DNA from: Octopus bimaculoides
Lineage: Eukaryota
Assembly (NCBI RefSeq): GCF_001194135.2
Contig: NC_068982.1
Location: 167,956,566-168,020,565 of the forward strand
DNA: 64,000 nucleotides
Direction of reading: 5' to 3'
The notes under the pieces: generated by a model
The model's input: the letters and a program-made list of their open reading frames with translations, nothing else
Told to the model about the DNA's origin: nothing
The model's database searches: none
In this document: in pieces, positions 12,508-25,769 of the stretch
Layout: each line of letters begins with the position of its first letter
How positions within the stretch are numbered: position 1 is the stretch's first letter
Position numbers and translations under genes: made by a program

Positions 12508-13008
12508 TATATATAAAATATAATACAATATAGTATAATGTAATGTAATGTAATGTAATATAATATAATATAATATAATATGATACAATATATATGTATA
12601 TGTGTGTATGTGTGTGTATATATATATATATNNNNNNNNNNNNNNNNNNNNNNNNNNNNNNNNNNNNNNNNNNNNNNNNNNNNNNNNNNNNNNNNNNNNN
12701 NNNNNNNNNNNNNNNNNNNNNNNNNNNNNNNNNNNNNNNNNNNNNNNNNNNNNNNNNNNNNNNNNNNNNNNNNNNNNNNNNNNNNNNNNNNNNNNNNNNN
12801 NNNNNNNNNNNNNNNNNNNNNNNNNNNNNNNNNNNNNNNNNNNNNNNNNNNNNNNNNNNNNNNNNNNNNNNNNNNNNNNNNNNNNNNNNNNNNNNNNNNN
12901 NNNNNNNNNNNNNNNNNNNNNNNNNNNNNNNNNNNNNNNNNNNNNNNNNNNNNNNNNNNNNNNNNNNNNNNNNNNNNNNNNNNNNNNNNNNNNNNNNNNN
13001 NNNNNNNN

Positions 13009-13043
<35 letters not shown>

Positions 13044-13479
13044 GAAAACATACATTCAAACATATATCCTATATCCTATATGCTTATTACAATAACAAGT
13101 ACGCATTTGCATTTCTATATTCATCTATTTACATTTATCTAAACGATATTAGTAAACCCATCCGTTTTTCCTCAAATGTGTATGTTTCTTCATATATCCT
13201 TCTACATTTTTCTGTCTAAATATTTGACGACATATCGACATTTTTTATCTATTTATCTAAATATTTGCTTTTATATTTATCTATATCTATTTACTTGTAT
13301 GAATGGCTTTTGAACATAAGAAAAGTAATTCATCATTTGATGAAAATCTAACTTCAAAATCAGCTTTAAGAATTAAATGGATTGAATTGTAATTTTCCCA
13401 CTTATTGTTCTTTGAACTAATACGCCTTGATAGAATATTGAAGTTTCGAGCCAAAATCTCTTCGCCTGATTATTTTGAC

Positions 13480-14340
13480 GGAAAATATATCGTTATCATA
13501 GCTAATTCGTTTCAAACGATATACGCAACGGCTGTTCTTCTGGCATCCAGAATATCATCAGTGGCTACTATGGACTGAAATATTTCCTGGATCTGAAGAG
13601 AATATCGAGTTTTTCGTTTGTTGTCTTAGCTATGCCAAGGATCTGTTTTTACAAGGAGAGATCCTCGGTGAAATTGAGGTTCAACTTTTGAGACATATGT
13701 GACTGGTGTAGGTGAATGCTGCTTACGTTCTGTGGTTGTTAAGTTCAGCGTTGTTTTCTTGATATGAGTAGTGTTTGGATTTTTCTGTTCAATGAGAAAG
13801 AGTTCGGCATGTCTCCATCGAAGGATGCTATGTAGGTCTCTGCATGTTGGAGATGCTAGGTATTGAGGATGCTATGTAGGTCTCTGCGTGTTGGAGATGC
13901 TAGGTATTGAGGATGCTATGTAGGTCTCTGTGTGTTGGAGATGCTAGGTATTGAGGATGCTGCTACGTGTGGGGGAGATGCTAGATGTTGTTGGTGTTGC
14001 AGAAAGTAGGTCATCAATGTATATATGGAAGAAGAATGGGGAACAAAAACTAGTCCTGGAGAACACAAAGCTTGATAGAACACTGGGACAGAAAGAGTTC
14101 CCTTACATGTACTAGTGGTTCGATCTGATAGGGATCTACGGATCCATGAGTTGAGATGTGCATGGATTCCTCAGTAAGAAAATTGGATCGGAGATTTGCT
14201 TGAAAGACATGATAGAAGGCTTTGTTGATTAGAATAACAAGATTGCTTTCATTGAACATCTTTGAAACGAAAGCTAACCGTTGAGTGACATAACAGAGTA
14301 AGCTCTCCAGTGGCTCTGAGGAAATTGTCTTGTTAATCAC
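13480..14340 (-). mobile_element. CR1/L2-like LINE reverse transcriptase relic
   Basis: LLCYVTQR...ESNLVILINKAFYHVFQANL resembles LLSYVTH...DISKAFDRVWH. GVLQD resembles GVPQG, FFHIYIDDLLSAT resembles LFINDLLS, and IAKTTNEKLDILFRSRKYFSP lies downstream. Many stops and frameshifts. Confidence 0.7.
13821..13960. repeat. 44-bp tandem repeat, ~3.2 copies
   Basis: Unit GAGGATGCTATGTAGGTCTCTGYRTGTTGGAGATGCTAGGTATT at 13821, 13865 and 13909, plus a partial copy at 13953. Confidence 0.95.
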
Positions 14341-14569
14341 TAATGGAAGAGATAGAAAGGGGGAAGGAGAGAGAGATAGACAAAGTTATTCAAGGTGCTG
14401 GAAAACAAAACCATTATTCTTCATGACTATTTCCCTTACCTTACCTTAAAGATGTTAGAATTGAGTGCAATAGTTTGGCTATAAAGAATGTTTTCTACCG
14501 CCAGATAATGGAAAAAATTATGTGTTTTACATAATCTATCAAGAAGTGAAATTAATGATTGTTAGAATA

Positions 14570-15140
14570 GAGTTATCTGTTTTCCGAAGAAGAAAAATGC
14601 ATTTGACAGGATACCATCGGCACTTGGCGGCCGTTTTGTGATATCCACCATTAGCAGATTGCTCTTTAAGTCAGTATTCAAAATTTAGTCCTTTGATTGT
14701 AGACTTTGAGCAGTTTCGGGCTGAAGATTTTAAGAACATAGAATGAGGATGTGTTATCTATATTATGTGGCTTAAACCATATTAAACACTTGAGTGTGCT
14801 ACTACAAGTAAGTAGATGATCTAAAGTATATAGTTCGTGGTAACAATCCCACATTAATGCCATCATAACACTTTTGCAATTCAGTTTTACCAAAAATATG
14901 ATATACATACTGAATACACGCTTAGAATTTAATATTGCTTGTATGATGTTCTTCACAGATGGAAATATTGCTCGATTCAAAAATTACAAATATTTTGTCA
15001 GTTTGTGCAATCAATACTGTTTACTGTAGAATGAAGGCACAAGACATACTTTTGCCATCACATATGCGAAAGGACTATATGAATGTATTAGTGGCACTGA
15101 AACGCAACTATCTGCTAGAGTCCCTATTACGATAAAATCA
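14570..15140 (+). pseudogene. Sola2-like DDE transposase relic
   Basis: FFTDGNIARFKNYKYFVSLCNQ (14949 onward) and HTFAITYAKGLYECISGT (15045-15099) resemble the FSDG..QYKN..F.NLC.H and HFFATSHGKG..DGIGGT motifs I recall for Sola2. In-frame TAG at 15027. Confidence 0.5.
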
Positions 15141-16696
15141 TGTCACCAAGACACGTTTTTAATCTGAAAGATTACGTTCCAGGGGATTACATTCTTTTAT
15201 TCATCCAATAATGAATGTAAAGCAAAGGAATGTGGCTTAACAGAAAAATTCGACAAAACAAACATACAATTCCAGGGATTGAAACGTTCCGTGGTTTTGT
15301 TTCTCTCTCAGAAAAAAGATTGTACGTGAAAATAATTGCAAGAGAAAAAGAAGCAAAAATAGTTTGGCAACAAAACAAGAAAATGATACCTAGATTGAGG
15401 AAGTGAAAGGAATTATCGCAGCTGTCGATAAATGGTGGTGATTGGTATGCATCCTTGAAACATATCTTGATATTTTTAAAGACAATTTCAGTTTCTTCAT
15501 ACGTAAATGTTCTTGTCCATTCACGTATACAGATGTTTTGGTACTGTATTCATCAAACCTTCATATTGTGGTGCACGCAATGACAACCACACGAAGGTAT
15601 TATAATCTTATATTGCATAAATATAATAAGAATCACAAATCTTAAAACAAACTTAGAAAACCCTCACATACCAAAGTAAAAGGAGCCTTCAGAAGAAAAG
15701 CACCTATCGAAGTTAAGGCTGGATGGCACCTGTGGTTTTACTTGGCGACCTACTAGAAATGGCTGCTTTAGCAACTCCGATACCGACTCAACTTAATAAA
15801 AGAAAAACATAAGAATAACGTTAGTAGTAGCATGCAACAATCTTTGAGAACCACTGTCGACTTTGTTCCTTTAACTGCTATAATATTGGTTCCCATGTAT
15901 TCTTCAGAACAAAATTTAACACACAGAATGTTAAAGGTGTATATGGAAATAACAAAAAAAGAAAACGAAAACAATTGGAATATATTTCAAGGATAGCTCT
16001 TACGATTTTGTAAAGTAAATGTTTGAAATAAAATTTTCTCTAAAAGTGTTCGTATGCGGCAAGAGTTGCATTTACCTTAAACTTGCAGACAAGTGAGCTT
16101 TCAAAAGACCCCGTGATAAACAAAAAGTTATGGTTATGTTAGTGGATTTCAATGCCTAGCCCCCAAATTGTAAGTGCTATTTCTCTGGAGCAAAGGGTGT
16201 AAAAATATGAGGCATTCTATGAATTATTCTTGAGGTAATATATTTAATAAATTTGAAGAAAATCTGAATCGTGTTATGAAGTTTATTTCGCTTCAAATAA
16301 TACAAGCAGAATGCACCCGTGGTTCTGTTTCTGTGTAAAAGTGGAAATCTGTGCACCATCCCTTTTGATCTCTTTGAATTGACTCGTGGATTGAATGATC
16401 TTTATTCATTGTTGCTGCAAAGCCCAATTAGGGTAGGACCTTGCTCTGTGAATATCCTACAAGCCTCTGCTGTCTGTCTTTGCAGCCTTATACGTGCCTG
16501 TCACTACTGTAACATTTCATCATCATTTTCCTTTTCTTATCACTGGATTCTTCAATTCAGTCAAGAAACTTCTCTTGAGTGTCAAGATCGTCAAACGTCT
16601 GCTACTCAGATATCAGGGAAGGCTGGTACATTTTTCTTATTTTACTGATGAACAGGTTTACATTCTTAGGCGAAAGTACTCATATTTTGTGTGGTG

Positions 16697-16890
16697 TGTT
16701 TTATATTCTTGACACACGTTGGATATATAAATTAATGAAGCGGAGGTTTAATCAATGTGTTCACATGACGGACTTTGCGAGACTACAGGAACGCTCTCTC
16801 TACGATTACTCCCGACCTCTACTCTTTATAAGAGTTCGACAAATCCATTCTTCCAATCCATCAGGGGTGTCAATGACTCTCGTCACAACA
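16697..16890 (-). repeat. 3' LTR
   Basis: On the minus strand starts TGTTGTG directly after the PPT AAAGGGGGAGA (16891-16901) and ends ...AAACA. Confidence 0.85.
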
Positions 16891-17486
16891 TCTCCCCCTT
16901 TGAGACTGATTTCCGTTGGAAGTTAATATCATTTTTACTTATTTATTGATTTTTCTTTCATCACATCTCCCTTTTTGAGATTTTCCTCCTAGAGAGGCTT
17001 AATATTCCTTCCGTTTAAGCACTACTTCTAACCGTTCTGTTTGTTTCCTCTTTCTTGTGCTGCTATGCCTAGGCTCGATTTCTTGTGGCGTTGGAACATC
17101 AAAGATGTTATAGAATATTTCCATGGCTATCTCTTTTCTTTTTCCCGTATATCTATTTTATAACTGGTTTAAATACCCTTTGTGTTCCCATGTTTCGCCT
17201 CTTATCGTATATGTCATTTTATTTAATCTTTTTGTTACTACTCCGTCTTTCCAACCATGTCTTCCATTTTTATATATTTTGAAAAAGCTTTGTCACCGAT
17301 ATCAAAATACTTTGTCGTATTTTTAGTGTTTTTCCCTATTTGTTTTTCTTATTGGTATCAGCTTGTCAAAATTTGACTTTATTTTTCGAGCAAACATTAG
17401 TTTCGCAGGCGACTTGACTGAAAAAGCGTTTGGGTTTAGTGTTATCCTATTAACCCTCAAGAACTGTATCAATTCTGCGTCATCGA

Positions 17487-18005
17487 CTAGCTCCTTTCTT
17501 GATTTTTTAATGCTCTTTTAAATGTATCCATGAACTTTTCATCTTGCCCATTAGATCTTGGGTGACACGGAAGAGAAGTAATATTTTCAATTGAGTACTT
17601 CTTGGAAAAATTCTTAAATTCATTCGCCGTGAATTGTATACCGTTATCGGAGATTATGGTATCCGGGACACCATACATATCAAAAAAGTTCGTGTAGAAA
17701 TTCAGTTGTTACCGTAGGTGTCGGTTTTCTGCATTTACATATCTGGCCATTTAGTAAAGCTGTTTACCACATTTAGATGATATGGTCGCTTTAACGGTCC
17801 CGTGAAGTCTATGTGTATTCTGGACCATGGAATATCGATCTTGGGCCAAGGTTGAAATTTTATAGATAGTGATTTCACTGCGAGAGCACAGCCTATGCAG
17901 GATTTTACCAACTTGATATCTAGATCCATTTTTGACCAGTAAACTCCTCATAAGCGACTTCATTCTAGAAATTCCTGGGTGTCCAGTGCGGAATTCCTTT
18001 AACAT
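17487..18005 (-). pseudogene. Gypsy integrase remnant
   Basis: GHPGISRMKSLMRS (HHCC region), C..C, PWSRIHIDFTGP, GVPDTIISDNGIQF and HPRSNGQDEKFMDTFKRAL, spread over several frames. Confidence 0.85.
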
Positions 18006-18344
18006 TAGACCTTATAGTGAGGTAGGCATTACGACCCTCTGTGCATACTTAAGCACATTATCACATATTGAATACAAATTCGAAACTGTGTTACGTCCAG
18101 CCACACGTATTCTTTTTTTTTTGTTTCTTCTGATCTCAATATTTTTTTCATTTTTATGATAAATTCGTCGGTCTCTGCCTTAATGTCACAGGCAATTCAC
18201 GCACAACATTGCACAATATATTTTTAATTTTATTTTCGGCTTTTAAAGCCGCTGTCACTGTGTCTTCTAGTGGTGCACTGTATTTTGGTATAAATTTTGA
18301 CAAACCATCTGCATGTCCCAATCTTTTCGATGGCAAATATTTAA

Positions 18345-18730
18345 TTTGAATTTTTCACACTCTCTGTTAACGACCTCAGCATAGTTGACGAAATCTTCAT
18401 CTTTTTTAACTAAATTTAAACATTGCCAACGAATATTGAACAGGGAACTCCTTCTGCTGAAAATTCTCTATAACAAATTAACTGTTTCATCGAAAGAAAT
18501 CTCACCTGGTTTCTTCGGCAGAATATAATTACAGTACTTTTCGCATTCGGCTGGGGATAACTTTCCTAAAAATAGTCACACCTTCTTCTCATCATTCGAA
18601 TTTTTACATACTTCTTTGAAGATTTCTTTGTATCTTCTAAAATATGCAGAAAAAGTAGTACCTTCTGAGTTATAAATAAATTCTCCAATTGAATTTGCTA
18701 CGCTGTCTGACGAGAACGAACCTGAAGTAT
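18345..18730 (-). pseudogene. Gypsy gag remnant
   Basis: TFSAYFRRYKEIF...KKV*LFLGKL...YCNYILPKKP...SLFNIRWQCLNLVKKDEDFVNYA is typical of Mag-like gag. It abuts GHADGLSK (RNase H end), marking a large internal deletion. Confidence 0.7.
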
Positions 18731-18922
18731 TTTCAGACCTCTACAACATTACTTCCAGTAACTGTTGGTATTGACATTGTTGTTGTTGTTGTAACTGCTG
18801 TTGCTACTGTTCTTGCTATTGCAACTGCACCATGTAAGCCAGCAAGTCTTCGATGTTAATGATTTTTCTTTCTTTGGTTTCGTACCAAAACATTTTTTAA
18901 CGTCTGTCGCAAGTTTCAAATA

Positions 18923-18933
18923 TCTCGTCGCCA
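18923..18933 (-). promoter_or_regulatory. Primer-binding site TGGCGACGAGA, probably tRNA-Ser(GCU)
   Basis: Lies immediately inside the 5' LTR. Complementary to the ...CUCGUCGCCA 3' end of metazoan tRNA-Ser(GCU), from memory. Confidence 0.65.
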
Positions 18934-18934
18934 C

Positions 18935-19126
18935 TTTTATATCCTTGTTACACGTTCGATATATGAATTAATGAAGCAGAGGTTTTATCAATATGCTCAC
19001 ACAACGTACTTCGTGAGACTACCAAAATGCTCTCTCCACGACTACTACCGACTTCTGCTCTTTATACGAGTTCGACTAGACCATTCTTCCAATCCCCCAA
19101 GGGTGTAAATGACTCTCGCCACAACA
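18935..19126 (-). repeat. 5' LTR
   Basis: Aligns without internal indels to 16699-16890; about 32 mismatches over 192 positions by hand count. Confidence 0.85.
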
Positions 19127-20419
19127 GTGTGCTATTCTGTACTGATAGTAGTGGCTGTGTACTCAGTTACTGTTTTAATAATCCGTTTGTGACGCCAGCA
19201 CTGACAACCTGAATATGGAACAGAAAACGATGGAAGTACGTCTACTTGATACTTCAGGTAATTTACCATCATTTCCACGGTCACTGCTAACCGATCTCCA
19301 CATTTATGCTCACTAACTCTTTCTCCACTCCTGCACAGACTTCTCTTCGATACGATGGTATCTCTACTTGCTCCGAATCCTGGCAATCTGTATCTTTGGG
19401 AGGTATCCCAAACTCTTACTATAAGATTTATTAATGCACCAATTGCTTTTGTCTAAGGCTTTTGTCTCTCTCGTTTTCACTAATTTCTTTGTCCTCCAAT
19501 TGTTCCCTTTTCTCGCATTGAAAGTATAGTAGTAGTTTGTTTGCGCTACAATAAAGTATTTGGTGGGACTACTAAATAGGAATAGGGAGATAATGCTGTC
19601 CCATACGGTGATGCTGCTACACAACTGAGGCTGTAGAAAAGACCCAGCATCTTGCGACGAGAGCCACATATATTCCTTTAGATGTATTCCCCTGCTAATG
19701 GAATCATGTAACGCTTCACAGGCTATGTAACTCAGAAGAGAAGGAGATGTTGATAGATTTTACATTCTATCCACTAAACAGGCATCACTACAGCCCAAAG
19801 GCCTTCCCATACGCTTGGCTGGCTTCTTGCTTCGTAGTAGAGTGGATGGCAGTTCTGGGAGGCTTATAATCCATGCAAAGAAACCCCCAAACATAAATAA
19901 CTCTATAGAAGTAAAAATTTATTTGTTTAAAATTAAATGGTTAAGGCCAGAAGCATAGTAAATAAGTGTTAAGCGGAACGCCCTTGTGGTTTTCACAAAG
20001 CATGCGACAAAAGATATATTAATGAATTTTAGTCACTTATAATTTACGTTTATTCATTTTGCGCAATTTTCTATGTCCGTGAAAGGGCCGAGGACTCTTC
20101 TGAAGGTATTTAGGTATATTAAGACACAGTTCCTTAAGAATGATACCAACAAATATGAGAAGACTTACACGTACACTTATAATGATAAAAAACATTATAA
20201 AAAACAAAAACAGTTCATAAAATTAAGTTAGTTTAGAGAGCCTAGCTAAATACGAAGAACGTATCACATGTAACAGAAGTCAACCACCATATATATATAT
20301 ATATCCTACATATTAGCAGCCTAGCTTTCAATATGGTATATAGCAATAAATATCATTATAATAAAAGTACTATGGCTGCTAAAATTAAATCATGCCCTTT
20401 ATAAAAAGTCTAACAGGTC

Positions 20420-20760
20420 CAAATAATTGGATCCTGCATTTTTGTTCGATGTTTGTGTAGTCTCATTTGATAGAGAAAAGAGATATGATATTCTTGAATT
20501 TTACACTTTTGATACTATTACCATAACAAATATCGAATTATATAGAGATGATGAGTTGGCTGTATCCCAACATGTTAATGAATAAATGTATTTAGGAAAG
20601 ACATTGCTAGCACCATCGACATAAAATAACTTTATAAAGTAACATCACATACCTTCAAATAATAACTTTTTTAAATGTTGTTCGTAGCTTAAGCCCAGGT
20701 AAGTGCAGGCCTAATACTGAATCTAAAGCAAATCTCACAAATATGAATATAGATTCATGT
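20420..20760 (+). pseudogene. Penelope-like RT relic
   Basis: NIELYRDDELAV (YRDD at 20541-20552) resembles Penelope GLYRDDGLA. Downstream NFLNVVRSLSPGKCRPN resembles NFLDVTLNL... Confidence 0.5.
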
Positions 20761-22654
20761 AAGGTCCATAATTTTTAAGAAACCAGAGATATTTATTAAA
20801 CCCCACTCTTTTTATAAACCCTTTCTAAAGAATATGAAATTCACACCACCTGTAGATTAATTGCGTTAACATTGAACTTTTTAAATATATCTATATATTG
20901 TAAGCTTGTACTATCTATTAAGGTAATGTCTTTAACTTTATGAAAAAGACTTAGATCATTATCGTAGGCTTACAAATTAGTTGATTTGCTGCAAATTAAA
21001 TATAGCCTTTGTAGTCGTGTATATTTCCTTACATATGTCAACATATCATTTCTTTTATCTTTCTCAACTGTTCACATATATATTTAACCACAAATGTATA
21101 TTTTCTTGCAACAATACCTAATTATACATGAGAAATAACCCATTTCCACTATTGTTTATAAGCATGAGTGATTTTTTTTTTAACACCATTAGCCCAGCAT
21201 GCAAAAACGGAAAGCTTTTTATTTTATATACGCCTCGGCTTCTTTTCGGAAAAATAACAGTTTTGTTGTTGGACGGTTATTCATTTATGAAGGAGACTTC
21301 AAAGTTGAAAATAAGATGTTTATCTGTAACGGACTACATCAAATCATACATAATTTGATAAGGTAATTTCGAATAATTCTTTCTAAAAGGTGTTCAAGAC
21401 CTAAATTTTGGAGGAAGGTGTAGTCGATTAGATCGACATCAATGCTTGTCTGGTACTCTGTTTAAATGAGCCCGAAAGAATGAAAGACTCACGCATTATA
21501 GAGAAAGACGGTACAATTCATAATACTGCAAACTTCGAACAACACAGGTAGCTGAACTTGATTACATTAAATTATAATCTACCTCTACTTTGCTTCTGTT
21601 TGATTTGTTGTCGGTACTATAAATATGAAATAAAGTATAGTAATGTCAATATAATACACAAAAGCCTTTTGCAGATTTTTGTTCGTACTTCAGTCTGTAC
21701 TCCAGTCGGTTGTAGTCAAATGAACGACACAATTAAAGAATGTAAAAGGGCAACTTATAAATGGTTATGTTGCAAGTCAATATTGCGTACACTTTTTATC
21801 GTGTCTGTAATTTGCTTTTACAGTTACTCGTGTAAAATTACTAAAATATTAAAATGTTTCCTATTATTTGCAACTGTAAAATAATGAGCTCGATTGTATC
21901 GACAAATTTATAATATTCATATCTTACGAGATATCAAATATCAATGCAATAAAATATCAAAAATTAATGTTAAAGCAATATTCTGTATATTTTGTATTTC
22001 AATTCCATCGTAAGCTTTTAGCATAATTAAGCAAGAAACATATGTTTAAGATAGTAAGCATTAGGGGACGTTTAAATTAACATAAATGATGACAACCGCT
22101 AAGTAGAAACAATATAATAAAATACGTCTGATAAGGCCTAATGGTCGTTAAATAAATACAAGCCCAGTAATATACATGGCATTCTAGAAATTAAACCGGT
22201 TAGATTTTTAAGAAAAACATATTTATTTCCCTGGCGTAATTCCAAGGAGAGTCATATCACATTTATTTATTCATTAATGTATTTATTTAACTATTTTTAA
22301 TAACTTAAATTTACAACATTTATGTCGTGTACAATGTTTAATTGATTGAAATCATAATCGTAGTCAAAAGAAAAGTCTTTATTGTTGAAAATATTTCCTC
22401 TAAAAATGGGCAAAGGAGATGGCTTCAAAATTTAAAGCAACCAAAATTTATAAATGGATGACAAAGTGGCTCTGAAAATTGGAATTGTTGTGACTACTCA
22501 AGACATTTTCCTATCGAATTAAGTTCCCAGTTGATACATACTCAACAGAAACCTATCTGGCTGCGGATGACTTGGAGTATATATATTTCATGTAAAAATG
22601 TTGAGTTAATTTTGAATAATTTATTCTAAAAGAGACACAAGACGTGAAATTTGA

Positions 22655-22830
22655 TGGAAGGAGTAGTCGATTAGATCGACATCAATTCTTGACTGGTACT
22701 TTATTTTAACGACACCGCAAAAAAAAAATAAAAATAAAAGTCAACCTTGGTGTGATTTGAACTCAGAACCGTAAGAAATGTCGATAAGTATTGTGACCGA
22801 TATGTTAACGATTCTGCCAGCTTCCTGTCC
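22655..22830 (-). mobile_element. SINE family C
   Basis: gtcgattagatcgac...ctggtactttatttt...gatttgaactcagaac...acgattctgccagc, shared with the other copies. Confidence 0.7.
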
Positions 22831-23404
22831 AAGTAATTTCAAATAATAATTGGAAAATGAATGCGTATCTACTGTATGAAAAACAATAAAGCACAAGCAA
22901 TTTTATTAATGTGTTCAACCGCAACTTATTTAGAATAATAATATTGGAAATTTTCCCAAGAGTTTCTTCTGCATAGAGAATACATTTAAATGCGAGTTAC
23001 CATAATACATATTAAAATTTAAGAAATATTGCTTAATTAATCGATTTCTTTCTTAATAGGAAGAAAGCTTATCAGCTCACTGAATCTTTCTCATAGACGG
23101 AAAAGAGAGAGAACTTCAACGATATCGCAATAGTATTTGTCACATACGCACACCACGTACAATATATATATATGTACATACATATACATGTTGACATAAA
23201 TGAAACCTGCAGGTGAAACAGAACAAATATGCGAGATGTTTCTAAAATTGTTTTTATTCACCGGAAGAGCTTGGTTTCTTAGAAAAAAGAAGAGGAAATA
23301 AGAAACAGAAAGAAAATTAACTTATTACATACTTATGTACATAGAAAATATTCATGTACATTGACATTTAATAACAGTATTGAAGGAGCATTGCCACTAA
23401 AACC

Positions 23405-23600
23405 TTTTCTCTAAATGCCTGATGTAGCTGTTTGTGACAGAAACAAAATTGATGTAGACATAGCTGCCCTACAGACATGAATGTTTCTTTCCGAAAACTG
23501 CGAGAATAAGATGTTCCAAAACCTACAGTTTTTCTACTCTGACCTATAATTATTGATGTTGTTTTCATCATAAAGCGTTTAATTAAAAATGACAAAAGGC
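23405..23600 (+). pseudogene. LINE AP-endonuclease relic
   Basis: DRNKIDVDIAALQT*...FFYS resembles IDIAALQET...TFFYSG of RTE/L2 endonucleases. Confidence 0.35.
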
Positions 23601-25769
23601 TACTGTTTTAAGGAATAGAACGTCTCCAGCACTTTGTAAATAAAATCTGGAAGTGGAACAAAAAACAATCCAAGTCTTTTTAGAAAATCAGCACGTGGCA
23701 TTTGTTTTTTTCCCTCTAAATTCCAGTGTTGGGGGTTTGTGCCTTTTATAGAACCCAGCATATTCCTTATACAACGGATTCAAGTAAATGTAATATCATA
23801 CATACATATGTGCATTCATAATATATACGTTCATGCAAGCCAATGATTCAGGCGATCTACCTGCTAGAATTTGCAGTTAAATCTATCTGGAATTACTGTC
23901 TACCGTTATTAAAACAAAAAGAAAATATGTTAAATAATATAGTTCACATATAATATATCTGTGGGACGAGATCGTCACGGCTAGAATGTCTTTGATCTAA
24001 AGTATGCTTGATTGGAGATGATTTAGGCCTCAACATCAACAGAGTAGATGAGATGTGTGCATTAAACATTCTCTGATATACGTATGAAAATTGTAAATGC
24101 TGGAGTCGGAGTGAGAAAATTAAAGGTAAAGTTGAGTCATTGTTATCTGAAATACCTAAAATTTTTATTCTTCACTATATATTATATATATGGATTTATA
24201 ACCAACAATGTATATGTAAACAAATGTAAACACTTTGTCTCTAAAGAATATATTTGCGGCCAGAAGAAGTGGGTCAGAGGGACTAATTTCAGTCTTGTGT
24301 TGGAATTTCATAAGTGACTGTGTTTTATGTATGACAATATTCTATAGATAAGGATTAATGAAATTTGCGTCAGTGTCTTAGTATCACCGTACAACTGTTA
24401 GTAAGCTAATTCTATACAAAGGCAGTAACTATAACAAAATTTACTTGCCTAAAACAACAGATGTCCCATCTATGTGGTCACTGAATTTGCTAGAAATAAT
24501 TACAAAATCTCTATCAACTCATATATTACATGTTAAAAATAAAACGAATACTATGGATAATATAGTCCTATATATATCAAACATAAAAACATGACAAGTT
24601 GGTCATGACTCGAATGCTTTTAGTCATAGATTTGCTCGTGCGAAACTGACCTGGGGTTAAACAACAAATAGGTCACTGGCTGTTAAATAACTTTGCAATG
24701 GACAGAGTACATTATTGTGCAGATGACAGCTCCATTAATTGCCGACCATTTGAGATCATGTTTGATGCCTTGCAGACGCTGGATTATAAAATAATTTACA
24801 TTTTGTATGTAAATTAATTTACAGCCTAACTTAATTTACAACCCAAGTTATTAAGACGACGATTCTTAATAACATAAGTATTGTTTCTTCTGTCTATTTT
24901 CTGTTATTAACTTTGCAATGTTTGGCTTTTTTTGTTTCGAAAACAGAAGCAAATAGTTTGCTATATGGCATTTTACATTATAATTATTATTTAATTCTTC
25001 TGAAATGACTACTGTCAGATGAAAAGTATCTTCATGATATTCAGAATATGACAAGAAATCACTTGAAGAATTCCATATAACTAAGCATTGTACATCCCAC
25101 ATTAATATGACCATATTGAATATTTTTATATTAAGGTCTTAAATAAGGAATCAATTATTTTACATTAAGGTCTTAAATAATGAATCAATTATTTTTGAAA
25201 TAGTGTATTTCATTCAATTTTGCTTCATTATTTGCAACTGACTACATCGGAAGACCAGTTTTTATAATGTCATTGGGATATTTTATCTTTCATTTCTTTC
25301 CTCCCACATTGTATCTCATTTTCTTCGTCTTAACTTTCAATTTCTACATTTCTAGCTCTTGCTTTTCCTATCGTTTTGCATCTTTTATGTTCATCATTCT
25401 CTCTTTTCCTTTTTTCAACTTCTGCTTCTGAAAAATGCATCTGAAAGAAATGGGAGAGAAAACATTATTGTGACAAAGTAATAAAATCCAGAAAAGAATA
25501 ATTTTTTTAAATGCAAAAATTAGATATTTTCAAAACTTCATATATGCTTCTCAAAGAAATCGCTGTGTACAACGATTACAATTATTTTTAATGTAAAGAA
25601 GTAGATGAATACACAAAAAATAGCCGTATGGTTTAAATTCTCAGAGGTATTTAACTACGCCATTTCTGCAGTCGACGTTGACATTCATTCATCTATGAAT
25701 AATGAAATATATACGAGTCAAACACTGAGTTTAACTTCTCCAGCACCTTCAATATCAGTCTCAATTTAA

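Larger units (their letters stand above)
16697..19126 (-). mobile_element. Internally deleted Gypsy (Mag-like) LTR retrotransposon, 2.43 kb
   Basis: Two ~193-bp LTRs, a PBS, a PPT, and gag, RNase H-end and integrase remnants. Protease, RT and most of RNase H are absent. Confidence 0.85.

Noticed and set aside
13525-13565. Minus-strand CTGATGA with a TTCTGG/CCAGAA hairpin
   Set aside because: Lies in LINE coding sequence, has GAAC instead of GAAA, and lacks stems I and III.
16645-16686. CTGATGA...C-GAAA-GTAC-TC hammerhead-like string beside the LTR
   Set aside because: Core and palindromic GTAC are present, but stems I and II do not pair; probably chance.
16040-16690. Non-repetitive sequence with ORFs of 60-115 aa flanking the LTR element (also 19130-19850)
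   Set aside because: No consistent motif in any frame; cannot be assigned without a search.
25130-25195. 32-bp tandem duplication
   Set aside because: Ordinary slippage duplication in AT-rich DNA.
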